Source of the DNA: an uncultured Chloroflexia bacterium
GTDB lineage: Bacteria > Chloroflexota > Limnocylindria > Limnocylindrales > CSP1-4
Direction: 5' to 3'
Assembly (NCBI GenBank): GCA_963720755.1
Contig: CAVRGP010000015.1
Coordinates: 352,001-416,000, forward strand
DNA: 64,000 bases
Shown here: positions 28,700-37,885 of the stretch, piece after piece
How the letters are laid out: each line of letters begins with the position of its first letter
Position numbering within the stretch: position 1 is the first letter of the stretch
Notes under the pieces: generated by a model
Databases searched by the model: none
What the model was told of the DNA's origin: nothing
What the model saw: the letters and a program-made list of their open reading frames with translations, nothing else
Made by a program: the position numbers and the translations under genes

Positions 28700-29032
28700 G
28701 TGCCGCGCCTCACGTGCTGGTCCTGTGGCCGTCAGATCTATACGGTCGCGCCACTCGAATCGCTGTTCGCGGAGGAGCGGCGCTGCCCGAGATGCGGCGC
28801 CTTCCTGCACGAGGAGCGACGTGAGCGCCAGCGCCGGCAGGACGCTCGCCGCAAGAACCCGCCGCTCGATCCCGGGCCACCCGTTCCCGAGGCCGAGGTG
28901 GGCTCGGAAGAAGGGAGTGGCCCGAAGGAGCGTCGGGTCGCGGACCGGCGAGTCGGGAAGCGGCGCGGAGACGCCGGAGCCAGCGGCACACCGCCGGCGA
29001 CCCGGAACGATCAGCCGGGCTGGCAGGACTGA
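28700..29032 (+). CDS. Small zinc-ribbon protein with Arg-rich ERR/DRR repeats
   Basis: CWSC...CPRCG, then ERRERQRR and ERRVADRRVGKRR. Possible CTG start at 28682. Confidence 0.72.
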   Translation: MPRLTCWSCGRQIYTVAPLESLFAEERRCPRCGAFLHEERRERQRRQDARRKNPPLDPGPPVPEAEVGSEEGSGPKERRVADRRVGKRRGDAGASGTPPATRNDQPGWQD

Positions 29033-29077
29033 TCAGCCGGCGTCCTTGACGGCTCAGGGGCTGCGATACTCGCGACC

Positions 29078-29962
29078 ATGCACGTCGCATTCATCGGGTT
29101 CGGACTGATCGCTGGTTCGATCGCCCGGGCCGTCCGGTCCAACCAGGAGACGGCTCCGTGGACGATGGCCGCGTGGTCGCCATCCGGTACGGGTCCTCGG
29201 CAGGCCATGGCCGACCGGGTCGTCGACGCGGTGGGGTCCGGGCCGCGGCAAACCTTGACCGACGCGGACCTCGTGGTCCTGGCTGGACCCGCCACGGCAT
29301 GCCTCGCGTCGCTTGACGACCTGGCAGAGGATTGGCGAGTCGACCTGTCACCGCGTGCGGTCGTGACGGACGTGGCCAGCACGAAGGCGATGCTGGTTGC
29401 TCGAGCGGATGCGGGCCGCGTGCGCTTCGTTGGTGGCCACCCCATGGCTGGTCGTGAGGCGTCGGGTTACGCGGCCGGGACGGCGGACCTGTTCGTCGAC
29501 CGGCCCTGGGTCGTGGTCCCGGGGGCGATCGCAGACTCGACCGATATCGACCGGGTCATCGGTCTCGCCGCAGCGTGCCGGGCAAGGACGATCCGAATGG
29601 ACGCCACGACCCACGATCGCGCGGTCGCGGCGATCAGCCATCTGCCCCTGGTCATCGCGGCGGCACTCGTCGAATCGGTCGTGCACGGGGCGGAGGCCGG
29701 CTCCGACCTGTGGCCGGTCGCTTCGTCACTGGCGGCCGGTGGCTGGCGCGACGCCACTCGGGTCGCGCGCGGGGACGCCGAGATGGGCGCGGCGATCGCG
29801 GTCACCAACGCCGGCGAACTGTCCGCCAGGCTGCGTGACCTGCGTTCGGTCATCGACATCTGGTTGGCAGACCTCGACCGGCCCGGAGGCCCATCCGAGG
29901 TTGCGATCCGAGACCGATTGGCGGCTGCGCGGGCCGCCCTCGAGGTGGCCGATGAGCGCTGA
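29078..29962 (+). CDS. tyrA: Prephenate/arogenate dehydrogenase
   Basis: GFGLIAGS, TDVASTK, GGHPMAG.E, HD..VA.ISHLP, G.RD.TR.A. Confidence 0.92.
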   Translation: MHVAFIGFGLIAGSIARAVRSNQETAPWTMAAWSPSGTGPRQAMADRVVDAVGSGPRQTLTDADLVVLAGPATACLASLDDLAEDWRVDLSPRAVVTDVASTKAMLVARADAGRVRFVGGHPMAGREASGYAAGTADLFVDRPWVVVPGAIADSTDIDRVIGLAAACRARTIRMDATTHDRAVAAISHLPLVIAAALVESVVHGAEAGSDLWPVASSLAAGGWRDATRVARGDAEMGAAIAVTNAGELSARLRDLRSVIDIWLADLDRPGGPSEVAIRDRLAAARAALEVADER

Positions 29963-30539
29963 GCAGGTCTTCGTCGTCGCCCGCGATGCGGTTCCCGGCG
30001 GCTGCGACTGGTATGGGCTCCGGGCGGAAGGGTCGGCAGCGGCGATCGCGACGATCGAACGGTTGGGCCGCTACGAACCTCGGGCCGAGATGGAGCTCGA
30101 TCGTTCGTTCAAGCAGGTCATCCCGTATCTGGTGCTTCGAGATGGGGCGCGCTGGTTCCTGATGCAACGGACCGAAGCCGGTGGTGACGCGAGGCTCCAC
30201 GGCCGCTACTCGATCGGGATCGGCGGGCATCTGAACCCGGGCGACGACGGGATCCTGGGCGGACTTCGGCGCGAGTGGGGCGAGGAGATCGTCGCCGCGT
30301 TCGTGCCCGACTTCCAGTTCGTGGCATTGCTCAACGACGACACGACCGACGTCGGGGCCGTCCACCTCGGCGCGGTGTATCTGGCAGACGCGAGCGGTCG
30401 CGACGTCGCCATCCGCGAGGTCGAAAAGCTGACCGGCCGATTCGTCGACACCGAGACCGTCGCGACCGTGGCGGATCGACTCGAGACCTGGAGCCGGATC
30501 GTCTTCGACGCGCTCTCATCGATGCCGGCCACGGCGTGA
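29952..30539 (+). CDS. NUDIX-like phosphoesterase (COG4112-type)
   Basis: R...E.D.SFKQVIPY, RLH..YSIGIGGH.N..D, RE..EE, LNDD...VG.VHLG. Confidence 0.82.
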   Translation: MSAEQVFVVARDAVPGGCDWYGLRAEGSAAAIATIERLGRYEPRAEMELDRSFKQVIPYLVLRDGARWFLMQRTEAGGDARLHGRYSIGIGGHLNPGDDGILGGLRREWGEEIVAAFVPDFQFVALLNDDTTDVGAVHLGAVYLADASGRDVAIREVEKLTGRFVDTETVATVADRLETWSRIVFDALSSMPATA

Positions 30540-31600
30540 GGATCCGACGGATCGGCCTGGCGGCTGCGGCCGGCGCGGTGTCGGTCGCGATGTTCCGCAC
30601 GGTCACCGGACGGGGCGCGGATCGACTGCTGGCGGGCGAGAGGACCGCACCTGAGGAGGCTGCGCTCGCGCCCGCCCTCGATGCGCTCGGCGGCGAGGTC
30701 GTCCGGTTCCGCTCGCGAGATGGGACGCGGTTGACGGGTCGCTGGCTGCCCGCGATGGCGGATGGGGCCGGCGGCGTCTCTGGACCGTGGGAACCTGACC
30801 CGCACGACGCGATCCTGGTGCTCCACGGCTGGTCTGGTTCTTCCGTTCCCGATCTCGTCGAGTACGGGCCGTTCTTGCGTCGGACCGCCAGCGTGTTCGG
30901 GATCGACTTCGGCGGGCACGGCGGCTCGGACCCGGCGCCCACGACCTTTGGCATGCGCGAGGTCGAGGACGTCGCCGGCGCCCTTTCCTGGCTGGGTGAG
31001 CGAGGCGTCGAGCGAGTCGCCCTCATCGGGTGGTCGATGGGTGGGATGGCCGCGATCGCCGCCGTGGCCATTCTCGGCGACGGGTCGATGGCGGGCGTCG
31101 ACGTGGATCCGGCGGCGGCCGCCCATGTCGCCCCGGTCCCGCGCCCGTCGATCGTTGCCGTCGTGGCCGATTCGGTCGCTCCGGAACTTGTCGTCGCGAT
31201 CGGATCGCGCCTGCCGCTGGGCCGTCGGTTCCTCGCAGGTCGGTTGCTCGATGCCGTGGCGAGGAAGCTCGGTGGCGATCCGCGCGAGACCGAGCCAGGC
31301 CGCGTCGTCGGCCTGCTGGATGGGACGCCGCTGCTGCTGATCTCCGGCGACGCCGACGCCACGGTCCCCATCCGCGATGCGCGCCGGCTGGCCGACGAGG
31401 CGCCTCCGGGCACTCGCCACCTGATCATCGCGGGAGCCGACCACACGCAAGGGCATGCGGTGGCGCCTGCGGTCTACGAGGAGGCGGTGACCAACCACCT
31501 TCGGGCCGGCTTTGACCGGACTGCCGAGGCACCTATAATCGTGGCGTCGGGGACCCCGTTTTCTGACACTCCACGCCCGGTGAGCCCAGCGGAGGACTGA
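30536..31600 (+). CDS. Alpha/beta hydrolase
   Basis: VLHGW, DFGGHG.S, GWSMGG nucleophile, G..D.TVP, GADH; GTGA overlap. Confidence 0.9.
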   Translation: MRIRRIGLAAAAGAVSVAMFRTVTGRGADRLLAGERTAPEEAALAPALDALGGEVVRFRSRDGTRLTGRWLPAMADGAGGVSGPWEPDPHDAILVLHGWSGSSVPDLVEYGPFLRRTASVFGIDFGGHGGSDPAPTTFGMREVEDVAGALSWLGERGVERVALIGWSMGGMAAIAAVAILGDGSMAGVDVDPAAAAHVAPVPRPSIVAVVADSVAPELVVAIGSRLPLGRRFLAGRLLDAVARKLGGDPRETEPGRVVGLLDGTPLLLISGDADATVPIRDARRLADEAPPGTRHLIIAGADHTQGHAVAPAVYEEAVTNHLRAGFDRTAEAPIIVASGTPFSDTPRPVSPAED

Positions 31601-32763
31601 TGGCGGCCAAGATCCTCGTCGTCGATGACGATCAGAATGTCCAGCGACTGCTGCAGTACACGCTGAAGCAGGAGGGTTACGAGGTCGTCCTGGCATCCGA
31701 TGGTGCGGAGGGGTTCCGCCTGTGGGGTGCTGAGGAACCGGACCTCATCCTCCTGGATGTCATGCTCCCGAAGCTGGACGGGTACCAGGTCGCGACGAAG
31801 ATCCGGACCGAGGAGGGCAGCGCCAGCCACGTCCCGATCATCATGCTGACGGCCGAGCGAGAGGTCGAGCAGAAGGTCCGCGGACTGCGAGCCGGCGCGG
31901 ACGACTACCTGATCAAGCCGTTCCATCCCGCCGAGCTGCTGGCGCGGATCAAGAGCCTCCTCGCTCGGTTCGCCCCCAAAGAGACGCTCCTCGCTCGACC
32001 ACCGCTCGGCCGCGTCCTGGCCTTCTACGGGGCGAAGGGCGGGGTGGGGACCACGACCGTCGCGATCAACGCGGCGATCGCATTGCACCGCGAACTCGGT
32101 CGAAAGGTCTGCCTCGTCGACGGCAACCTCCAATTCGGCGATCATCGGGTCTTCCTCGACCTCGGCCTCGACCGCAAGAGTATCGTCGATGTCGTGACCG
32201 CTCCGTCGATCGACGTCGATCTGGTCCGGCAGGTCATGGTCAAGCACGATTCCGGCGTCGACCTTCTCCTTGCTCCGCCGTCGCCCGAGACGGCCGAACT
32301 CGTGCATCCGGACCATCTGCCCTACATCGCGGAACAGCTTCGCACCCTGTACGACTACACGCTCATCGATATCGACAAGCGCCTCGACGACATCAACCTC
32401 GGCGTCTTCGAAGCCGCGGACATCGTCTTCGTCGTGATGACCGCCGACCTGTCGTGCCTGAAGAATGTGCGCCTGATCCTCGAGACGATGGACCACCTCG
32501 GCTATCCCCCGAGCAAGGTGGAGCTGGTCCTCAACCGATCGAATGCGTTCACCGGCATCAGCGTCAAGAATGCCGAAGGTGCCCTGAAGCGCACGATCGA
32601 GCACCAGATCGTGAATGAGTACCGAGGCGCGATCAGCGCCCTCAACTCGGGCTCGCCGTTCATGTTCACCAAGGCCGATTCATCTCTCGGAGGATCCCTC
32701 CTCCAATTCGCCCGAACGGTCGACAAGCCCCAGGCGGCGGCCGTGAGCGTGCCAGCGCGTTAG
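31600..32763 (+). CDS. Canonical receiver domain + CpaE/MinD-like ATPase
   Basis: ILVVDD, LLDVMLP.LDG, MLTA, GADDYL.KPF; AKGGVGTTT; LVDGNLQFGD; LLAPP; GGAGG RBS. Confidence 0.9.
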   Translation: MAAKILVVDDDQNVQRLLQYTLKQEGYEVVLASDGAEGFRLWGAEEPDLILLDVMLPKLDGYQVATKIRTEEGSASHVPIIMLTAEREVEQKVRGLRAGADDYLIKPFHPAELLARIKSLLARFAPKETLLARPPLGRVLAFYGAKGGVGTTTVAINAAIALHRELGRKVCLVDGNLQFGDHRVFLDLGLDRKSIVDVVTAPSIDVDLVRQVMVKHDSGVDLLLAPPSPETAELVHPDHLPYIAEQLRTLYDYTLIDIDKRLDDINLGVFEAADIVFVVMTADLSCLKNVRLILETMDHLGYPPSKVELVLNRSNAFTGISVKNAEGALKRTIEHQIVNEYRGAISALNSGSPFMFTKADSSLGGSLLQFARTVDKPQAAAVSVPAR

Positions 32764-32810
32764 GTCCGGCGACCGCCGGCGGGCGCCGGCAGCGAGCGTG
32801 GTGATGGCCG

Positions 32811-32854
32811 GATGATCGCGAGATGACCAGCGGATGACCGCGCGGCCGTAGCCT
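32811..32854 (+). promoter_or_regulatory. Three GATGAYC direct repeats (11-bp period) plus -10 box upstream of comM
   Basis: GATGATC 32811, GATGACC 32822, GATGACC 32833; TAGCCT 32849-32854, 6 nt before GTG. Confidence 0.6.
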
Positions 32855-32860
32855 GCGGTC

Positions 32861-34438
32861 GTGTTGGCCATCGTCGCGTCCGCAACCCTCGATGGCCTTG
32901 CCGGGCGCTTCATCCGGGTCGAGGTGGACGTGGCATCGGGCCTTCCCGGGTTCACCGTCGTCGGCCTCGCTGACACCGCACTCCAGGAGGCCCGCGAACG
33001 CGTCCGGGGAGCGTTGCGGAATTCAGGCTTCGTGCATCCGCCGAGGCGGATCACGGTGAATTTGGCGCCGGCCGATCTGCGCAAGGCGGGCGCGTCGCTC
33101 GACCTGGCCATCGCCATCGGTATCCTGCTCGGTTCCGAGCAGATCCTGGCCGGCAGGGAGGCTGTCGGTCTGGTCGGTGAGCTGTCACTCGGCGGCGAGG
33201 TCAGGTCCGTTCCCGGGATCCTCCCGATGGTCGCGGCCATGTCGCGTCGCGGGGTTCGACACGTCGTGGTCGCACGCGACGCTGCAGAGGAGGCGCGACT
33301 CGTGGACGGACTCCTCGTGACCGGGGTCGAGTCGCTCGGCGAGGTGGTCAGGGTCGTTCGTTCCGCGTCCAGTCGGCGCCTCGTGGCCTCATCCCCACGG
33401 ATCGAACTGGGACGAGCGGCTGGCTCCGGACCGGCCACCGGAGCCGGAGACGTACCGTCGTCCGACGGTGCGACGTTCCCGGATCTGTCCGAGGTTCGCG
33501 GGCAGTTCGAGGCAAGGCGCGGGTTGGAGATCGCGCTGGCGGGCGGTCACGGTCTGTTGCTCATCGGCCCACCGGGTTCTGGCAAGACGCTATTGGCGAG
33601 GACGATCCCCGGGCTTCTTCCGCCGCTCGACGACAGGTCGGCGCTGGCGGCGACGATCGTCGCCTCGGCAGCCGGAACGGGTCCGATCCGGGAGCTGCGC
33701 CGCAGTCCGCCGTTCCGGACACCTCACCACACGCTGTCCTATGCGGCCATGGTCGGTGGTGGGCCGCGGCTGGCACCGGGGGAGGTCACGCTGGCCCACG
33801 AAGGCGTCCTCTTCCTCGATGAGTTGCCCGAGTTCGACCGGGACGTCCTGGAGGCGCTTCGGCAACCCCTCGAGGAGGGTCGGATCACGATCTCCAGGGT
33901 CGGGCGAGCGACGACCTTCCCGGCCCGGTTCCAACTGGTCGCCGCGATGAACCCGTGCCCGTGTGGGTTCGCCGGGTCGAGCGATCGCCCGTGTCTCTGC
34001 CCTCCGCTCCTCCCCGAGCGGTACCAGCGTCGGATCTCCGGACCACTCCGGGATCGGATCGATCTCTGGCTGGCGATGCCGCGGGTCGCTCCCCGGGCCC
34101 TGATCAGCGGGCCCGAACCCGAGGATTCGACGACCGTCGGCCAGCGGATCCGGGCCGCCCAGGATCTCGGTCGACGTCGATCCCAGGGCGTCCCGAACGG
34201 GCGATTGCGCGGTCGACGCCTGCGTGAAGCGTGTGCCCTGCGGGGGGCTGACGAGCGACACATCGTCCGTCTCGCCGACATCGAATTGGCCACGGGCCGG
34301 GGGACCGAGCGATTGCTCCGGGTCGCGCGAACCATCGCCGATCTCGCTGGCTCGGCTCACGTGGCGACCGAACACCTCGATGAGGCCGCGCGATACCGAC
34401 CGGCTCAGGCTCGGTCGGACATGATCCAGGCGTACTGA
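32861..34438 (+). CDS. comM: ComM/YifB Mg-chelatase-like AAA+ ATPase
   Basis: GLP.F.VVGL.D, ITVNLAPADLRK, GPPGSGKT, PHH, LAH.GVLFLDELPEF, AMNPCPCG, SGPL.DRID. Confidence 0.95.
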   Translation: MLAIVASATLDGLAGRFIRVEVDVASGLPGFTVVGLADTALQEARERVRGALRNSGFVHPPRRITVNLAPADLRKAGASLDLAIAIGILLGSEQILAGREAVGLVGELSLGGEVRSVPGILPMVAAMSRRGVRHVVVARDAAEEARLVDGLLVTGVESLGEVVRVVRSASSRRLVASSPRIELGRAAGSGPATGAGDVPSSDGATFPDLSEVRGQFEARRGLEIALAGGHGLLLIGPPGSGKTLLARTIPGLLPPLDDRSALAATIVASAAGTGPIRELRRSPPFRTPHHTLSYAAMVGGGPRLAPGEVTLAHEGVLFLDELPEFDRDVLEALRQPLEEGRITISRVGRATTFPARFQLVAAMNPCPCGFAGSSDRPCLCPPLLPERYQRRISGPLRDRIDLWLAMPRVAPRALISGPEPEDSTTVGQRIRAAQDLGRRRSQGVPNGRLRGRRLREACALRGADERHIVRLADIELATGRGTERLLRVARTIADLAGSAHVATEHLDEAARYRPAQARSDMIQAY

Positions 34439-34439
34439 C

Positions 34440-35675
34440 GTGTCCGCTGCGCAGCCGCGACCGACGCCCGAGGAACGGGACGCGTGGACCGTGCTCGCCG
34501 GCGTGCATGGACTGGGTCCGGTGGGGTTCGGCGTCTTGTTGCGTCGCTACGGGAGCGGAGCGGCCATCCTCCGAGAAGCGGCGTCGCCCGGTGGCGTGGA
34601 ACGCCTGGCAGAGGGCGGAGGTCACGAGTGGACCGATGACCCGCTCCGGCGCGGCCCGAGCCATGCTGTCGCCGCGGCCATCGCGGCCGCAGCCGAAGGT
34701 GGGACCGCCACCATCGAGCGGATCCGCGCGCTCGGCCTGATCGTGCTGACGGCGGATGATCCGCGCTACCCGGCGCGACTGACCCAGATCGACATGCCGC
34801 CGCACGTGTTGTACATCCTGGGAGATCCAGTCGCCCTGGACCGGACTGCTGCCGTGGCGATCGTCGGGACGCGTCGCGCGACGGACCAGGGACGGGCGAC
34901 CGCCTCGCGCCTGGCGGCGAACCTCGTCGCCGTCGGGGCCGCCGTGGTCTCCGGACTCGCCGTCGGTATCGACGGGGCCGCCCACGCGGCGACCATCCAT
35001 GCCGGTGGCACGACCGTGGCGGTCATCGGTTCCGGGCATGCCCGCCTCCATCCTCGAGCGCATGCTCGGTTGGCGAATATCGTCGTGGACTCGGGCGGTG
35101 CCGTGGTGTCTGAGCTCGGCCCCGATACGGATCCGAGCCGAGGCACGTTCCCGCGCCGGAACCGGATCATCAGCGGGCTCGCGGATGCGACCGTCGTGGT
35201 GGAGGCCCCAGCCAGGAGTGGGGCACTGATCACCGCGTCGTGGGCACTCGAGCAGGGCCGTGAATGCTTCCTCGTGCCGGGCGCCATCGACGCGCCGGCG
35301 TCTGCTGGATGCCTGGCCTTCCTGCGCGAATTCCCCGATCGGGCTCGCATCGTGGCCGGGATCCCGCAATTGATCGACGATCTCGGGCTTGCCGACCACC
35401 TGACCCAGCCCGGCGTGGCGAGCGATGTCGCGGCTACCCTCTCGGGCGTTGGCGAGGCTGCGGCCCGCCTTGGCCGCGAGATCGTGCTCGGTCGCGCGAC
35501 GGTCGATGAGCTGGTGGCGGCGACCGGATGGCCGGTCGCGACGGTGCTGGCGGCGCTGACGATCCTCGAGTTCCGGGGCCTGGTCGTCGGTGTCCACGGA
35601 CGATTCCGGGCATCCGGGTCCCTCGCCGCGGCGGATCCCGTTCAGGCGCGGCAACGTCCGCGCGTGGTCGCGTGA
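34440..35675 (+). CDS. dprA: DNA-processing protein DprA
   Basis: YP..L, VAIVGTR, VSGLA.GIDGAAH, FPRRNRIISGL, VVEA..RSGALITA, C-terminal wHTH. Confidence 0.96.
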   Translation: MSAAQPRPTPEERDAWTVLAGVHGLGPVGFGVLLRRYGSGAAILREAASPGGVERLAEGGGHEWTDDPLRRGPSHAVAAAIAAAAEGGTATIERIRALGLIVLTADDPRYPARLTQIDMPPHVLYILGDPVALDRTAAVAIVGTRRATDQGRATASRLAANLVAVGAAVVSGLAVGIDGAAHAATIHAGGTTVAVIGSGHARLHPRAHARLANIVVDSGGAVVSELGPDTDPSRGTFPRRNRIISGLADATVVVEAPARSGALITASWALEQGRECFLVPGAIDAPASAGCLAFLREFPDRARIVAGIPQLIDDLGLADHLTQPGVASDVAATLSGVGEAAARLGREIVLGRATVDELVAATGWPVATVLAALTILEFRGLVVGVHGRFRASGSLAAADPVQARQRPRVVA

Positions 35676-35717
35676 AGCGGATGGCCGCTCCGCGGGACCG
35701 ACGGGGGATCGCGTCGT

Positions 35718-35746
35718 TTGCCCGGTCAGCGGACCGATGCTACGCT
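35718..35746 (+). promoter_or_regulatory. Sigma70-type promoter
   Basis: TTGCCC-17 nt-TACGCT with TG extension; the ORF-track start at 35718 is this -35. Confidence 0.6.
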
Positions 35747-35816
35747 CGCACCGGTCACTCCCCAAGGTGATCACCGACCCGCCTGCCTTCCCCAGGCCCC
35801 CGAGCAGGAGTGTCTA

Positions 35817-37451
35817 TTGCGTCAGGCCGCAGCGACATTGCTGGCCGTCCCGATCCTGATCGTGGTCTATCTCGGCGTCATCACCCGCCGGTCGATCCTC
35901 ACACGGTCGGGTCTCGTCGTCGCCCTCGCCGTCGTTCTCGGCGTCGGCGTGATCGGTGCCGGGCGACCGGACACGACGGCTGCCACGGGTCCGACGCCGA
36001 TCCTGCCGCTGACCCAGGCTGCCTTCACCACGACGTTCCAGACGAATCGGTCGTTGACCGATCCGATGACGATCGGGTTCAACGCGCCGATGGATGCCAC
36101 CTCCGTCGCAGCCTCGATCGAGGTCGACCCCTCCGTCGCGGTCGACCTGTCGTGGGACGCCGGCGGAACAGTGCTGACGATCGAACCCCGCGAGCATTGG
36201 CCGGCGAGTTCGCTCCAGACGGTCACGGTCGAGCCGGGTGCTCTGGCGAGGTCCGGTCAACCGCTGATGCGGCCGATCCGGGCAGCGTTCCTGACTCGCA
36301 CCGCCACCACCGGGACGATCGCGGCGGCTGAGCGGATCGGCAAACGAGTCGCCACGACCAGTTCATTCGTCGTGTCGTTCGTTCGGCCGGTCGATCCCGT
36401 GTCGGTGGCGTCATCGATCCGGTTGGACCCGCCGGTGGTCGGGACGGTCCAGACCGAGGATGGCGCCGATGGCGCGACTCGCTACGTCTTCGTACCAGCG
36501 GTACCACTGGAGCCCGGCATCGGATACACGGTCATCGTGTCCGGGGTTCGCGATTCGGAAGGCGTCCCGCTCGAGACCCTTCGGCTGGCGGTCCAGACGG
36601 TCGATGCCCCAGCGATCGTCCGCTTCCGGCCCAGAGTCGATGCGACCGCCATCGATCGAGCGAGCGCGTTGTCGGTCCGCTTCACGCTGCCCATGGACCG
36701 ACGCAGCACCGCCCGGTCGTTCACGGCATCGGCAAACGGCAAGCCGTTGACGGGCAAGGTCACCTGGGCAGAACGTGACACGGTGCTGGTGTTCACACCA
36801 GACGCTCTGCTCCCGTACGGCACGGCGGTGACGATGCAGGTGTCGTCGTCCGCGAAGAGTGCCGGCGGCGTCGGCCTCGTCAAGGGTCGCCAGGTCGGTT
36901 TCACGACGGCCAAGCGTCCGGCGGCACCGCCCCGAACGCCGCCCGCCCCGCCGCCGCCAAAGTCAGGAGGCAGTTCCGGCGGCGGCAATTCCGGAGGCGG
37001 CAGCTGGGCATCCGTGGAGACGTACTACCTCGGCCTGATGAATTGCACGAGGACCGGCGGCTGGGTGACCTCCACCGGCGCGTGCAGTAGTCCGGGCGGG
37101 CGCAACGTCGCGCCACTCAAGCTGGACAGCGGGATCAGCCGGAACGTCAGCCGTCCGTATGCCAAGCGTCTGGCCATGAACAACCAGTGCGATCACTTCA
37201 TCGGCGGCACGCCAGGAGACCGTCTGAAGCGGGCCGGGTACGCGAACTATCGATGGGCGGAGAACCTCGGCTGCCGGTCCGGCGCCGCGAAGGCCGCCGT
37301 GCTGGCCTCGCATCTCTTTTTCCAGAGCGAGAAGTCGTACGGTGGCGGGCACTACGTGAACATGATGAACGCTGCCTATGACCGTGTCGGGATCGGCGTC
37401 TGGGTGTCGGGAGGACGGGTCCGCCTGGTGATCGACTTCTACCACCCCTGA
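35817..37451 (+). CDS. Membrane-anchored protein: about 3 SbsA/Big_5 Ig-like domains + CAP (SCP) domain
   Basis: TTG after AGGAG; N-terminal TM(s); repeats I.F..PMD..S / F..PVD / RF..PMD; Pro/Gly linker; CAP motifs P.DRL...GY, AENL, GH..NM, VGIGV. Confidence 0.8.
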   Translation: MRQAAATLLAVPILIVVYLGVITRRSILTRSGLVVALAVVLGVGVIGAGRPDTTAATGPTPILPLTQAAFTTTFQTNRSLTDPMTIGFNAPMDATSVAASIEVDPSVAVDLSWDAGGTVLTIEPREHWPASSLQTVTVEPGALARSGQPLMRPIRAAFLTRTATTGTIAAAERIGKRVATTSSFVVSFVRPVDPVSVASSIRLDPPVVGTVQTEDGADGATRYVFVPAVPLEPGIGYTVIVSGVRDSEGVPLETLRLAVQTVDAPAIVRFRPRVDATAIDRASALSVRFTLPMDRRSTARSFTASANGKPLTGKVTWAERDTVLVFTPDALLPYGTAVTMQVSSSAKSAGGVGLVKGRQVGFTTAKRPAAPPRTPPAPPPPKSGGSSGGGNSGGGSWASVETYYLGLMNCTRTGGWVTSTGACSSPGGRNVAPLKLDSGISRNVSRPYAKRLAMNNQCDHFIGGTPGDRLKRAGYANYRWAENLGCRSGAAKAAVLASHLFFQSEKSYGGGHYVNMMNAAYDRVGIGVWVSGGRVRLVIDFYHP

Positions 37452-37503
37452 CCGGACCATCGGCGTAGTGACGCCGGGTGGTGGCGGGTGCGAGGATCGG
37501 CCC

Positions 37504-37839
37504 GTGATCCGAAACGTCGTCCTGCACCTCAACGGCGAGCAGCCCCTGCTCGCCGATCTGTACGAAGCACCGTCGCCGGGCGACGTCGGCTTGCGCTGCA
37601 CGAATCTCCGATCGATGAACGGCAAGCGGCCGGTCTTCGTCGATGACAGCAAGTCGATCTTCTTCTTCCCGTACCTGCACATGCGCTTTGTCGAGATCCC
37701 GCCTGGGGCGATCTCCGGCAGCGATGCGGCGATAGCCGTGAGCGACGACGTCGACGAGCGGACCGCCGAAGGTCCGCCCGAGCCCGAACCCGAGCTCGAG
37801 ATCGACGAGGATTTCCTCCGGCGGATCCGCGAGGTCTGA
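37504..37839 (+). CDS. Hypothetical protein with acidic tail
   Basis: MIRNVVLHLNGEQPLLADL..CTNLR..GKRP.F.D..RFVEI..EIDEDFLRRIRE; protein-like composition. Confidence 0.75.
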   Translation: MIRNVVLHLNGEQPLLADLYEAPSPGDVGLRCTNLRSMNGKRPVFVDDSKSIFFFPYLHMRFVEIPPGAISGSDAAIAVSDDVDERTAEGPPEPEPELEIDEDFLRRIREV

Positions 37840-37885
37840 GCAGGCCCGACCGGTCGGTTGAGGACCCGGTGCTACACTCCGCGCC

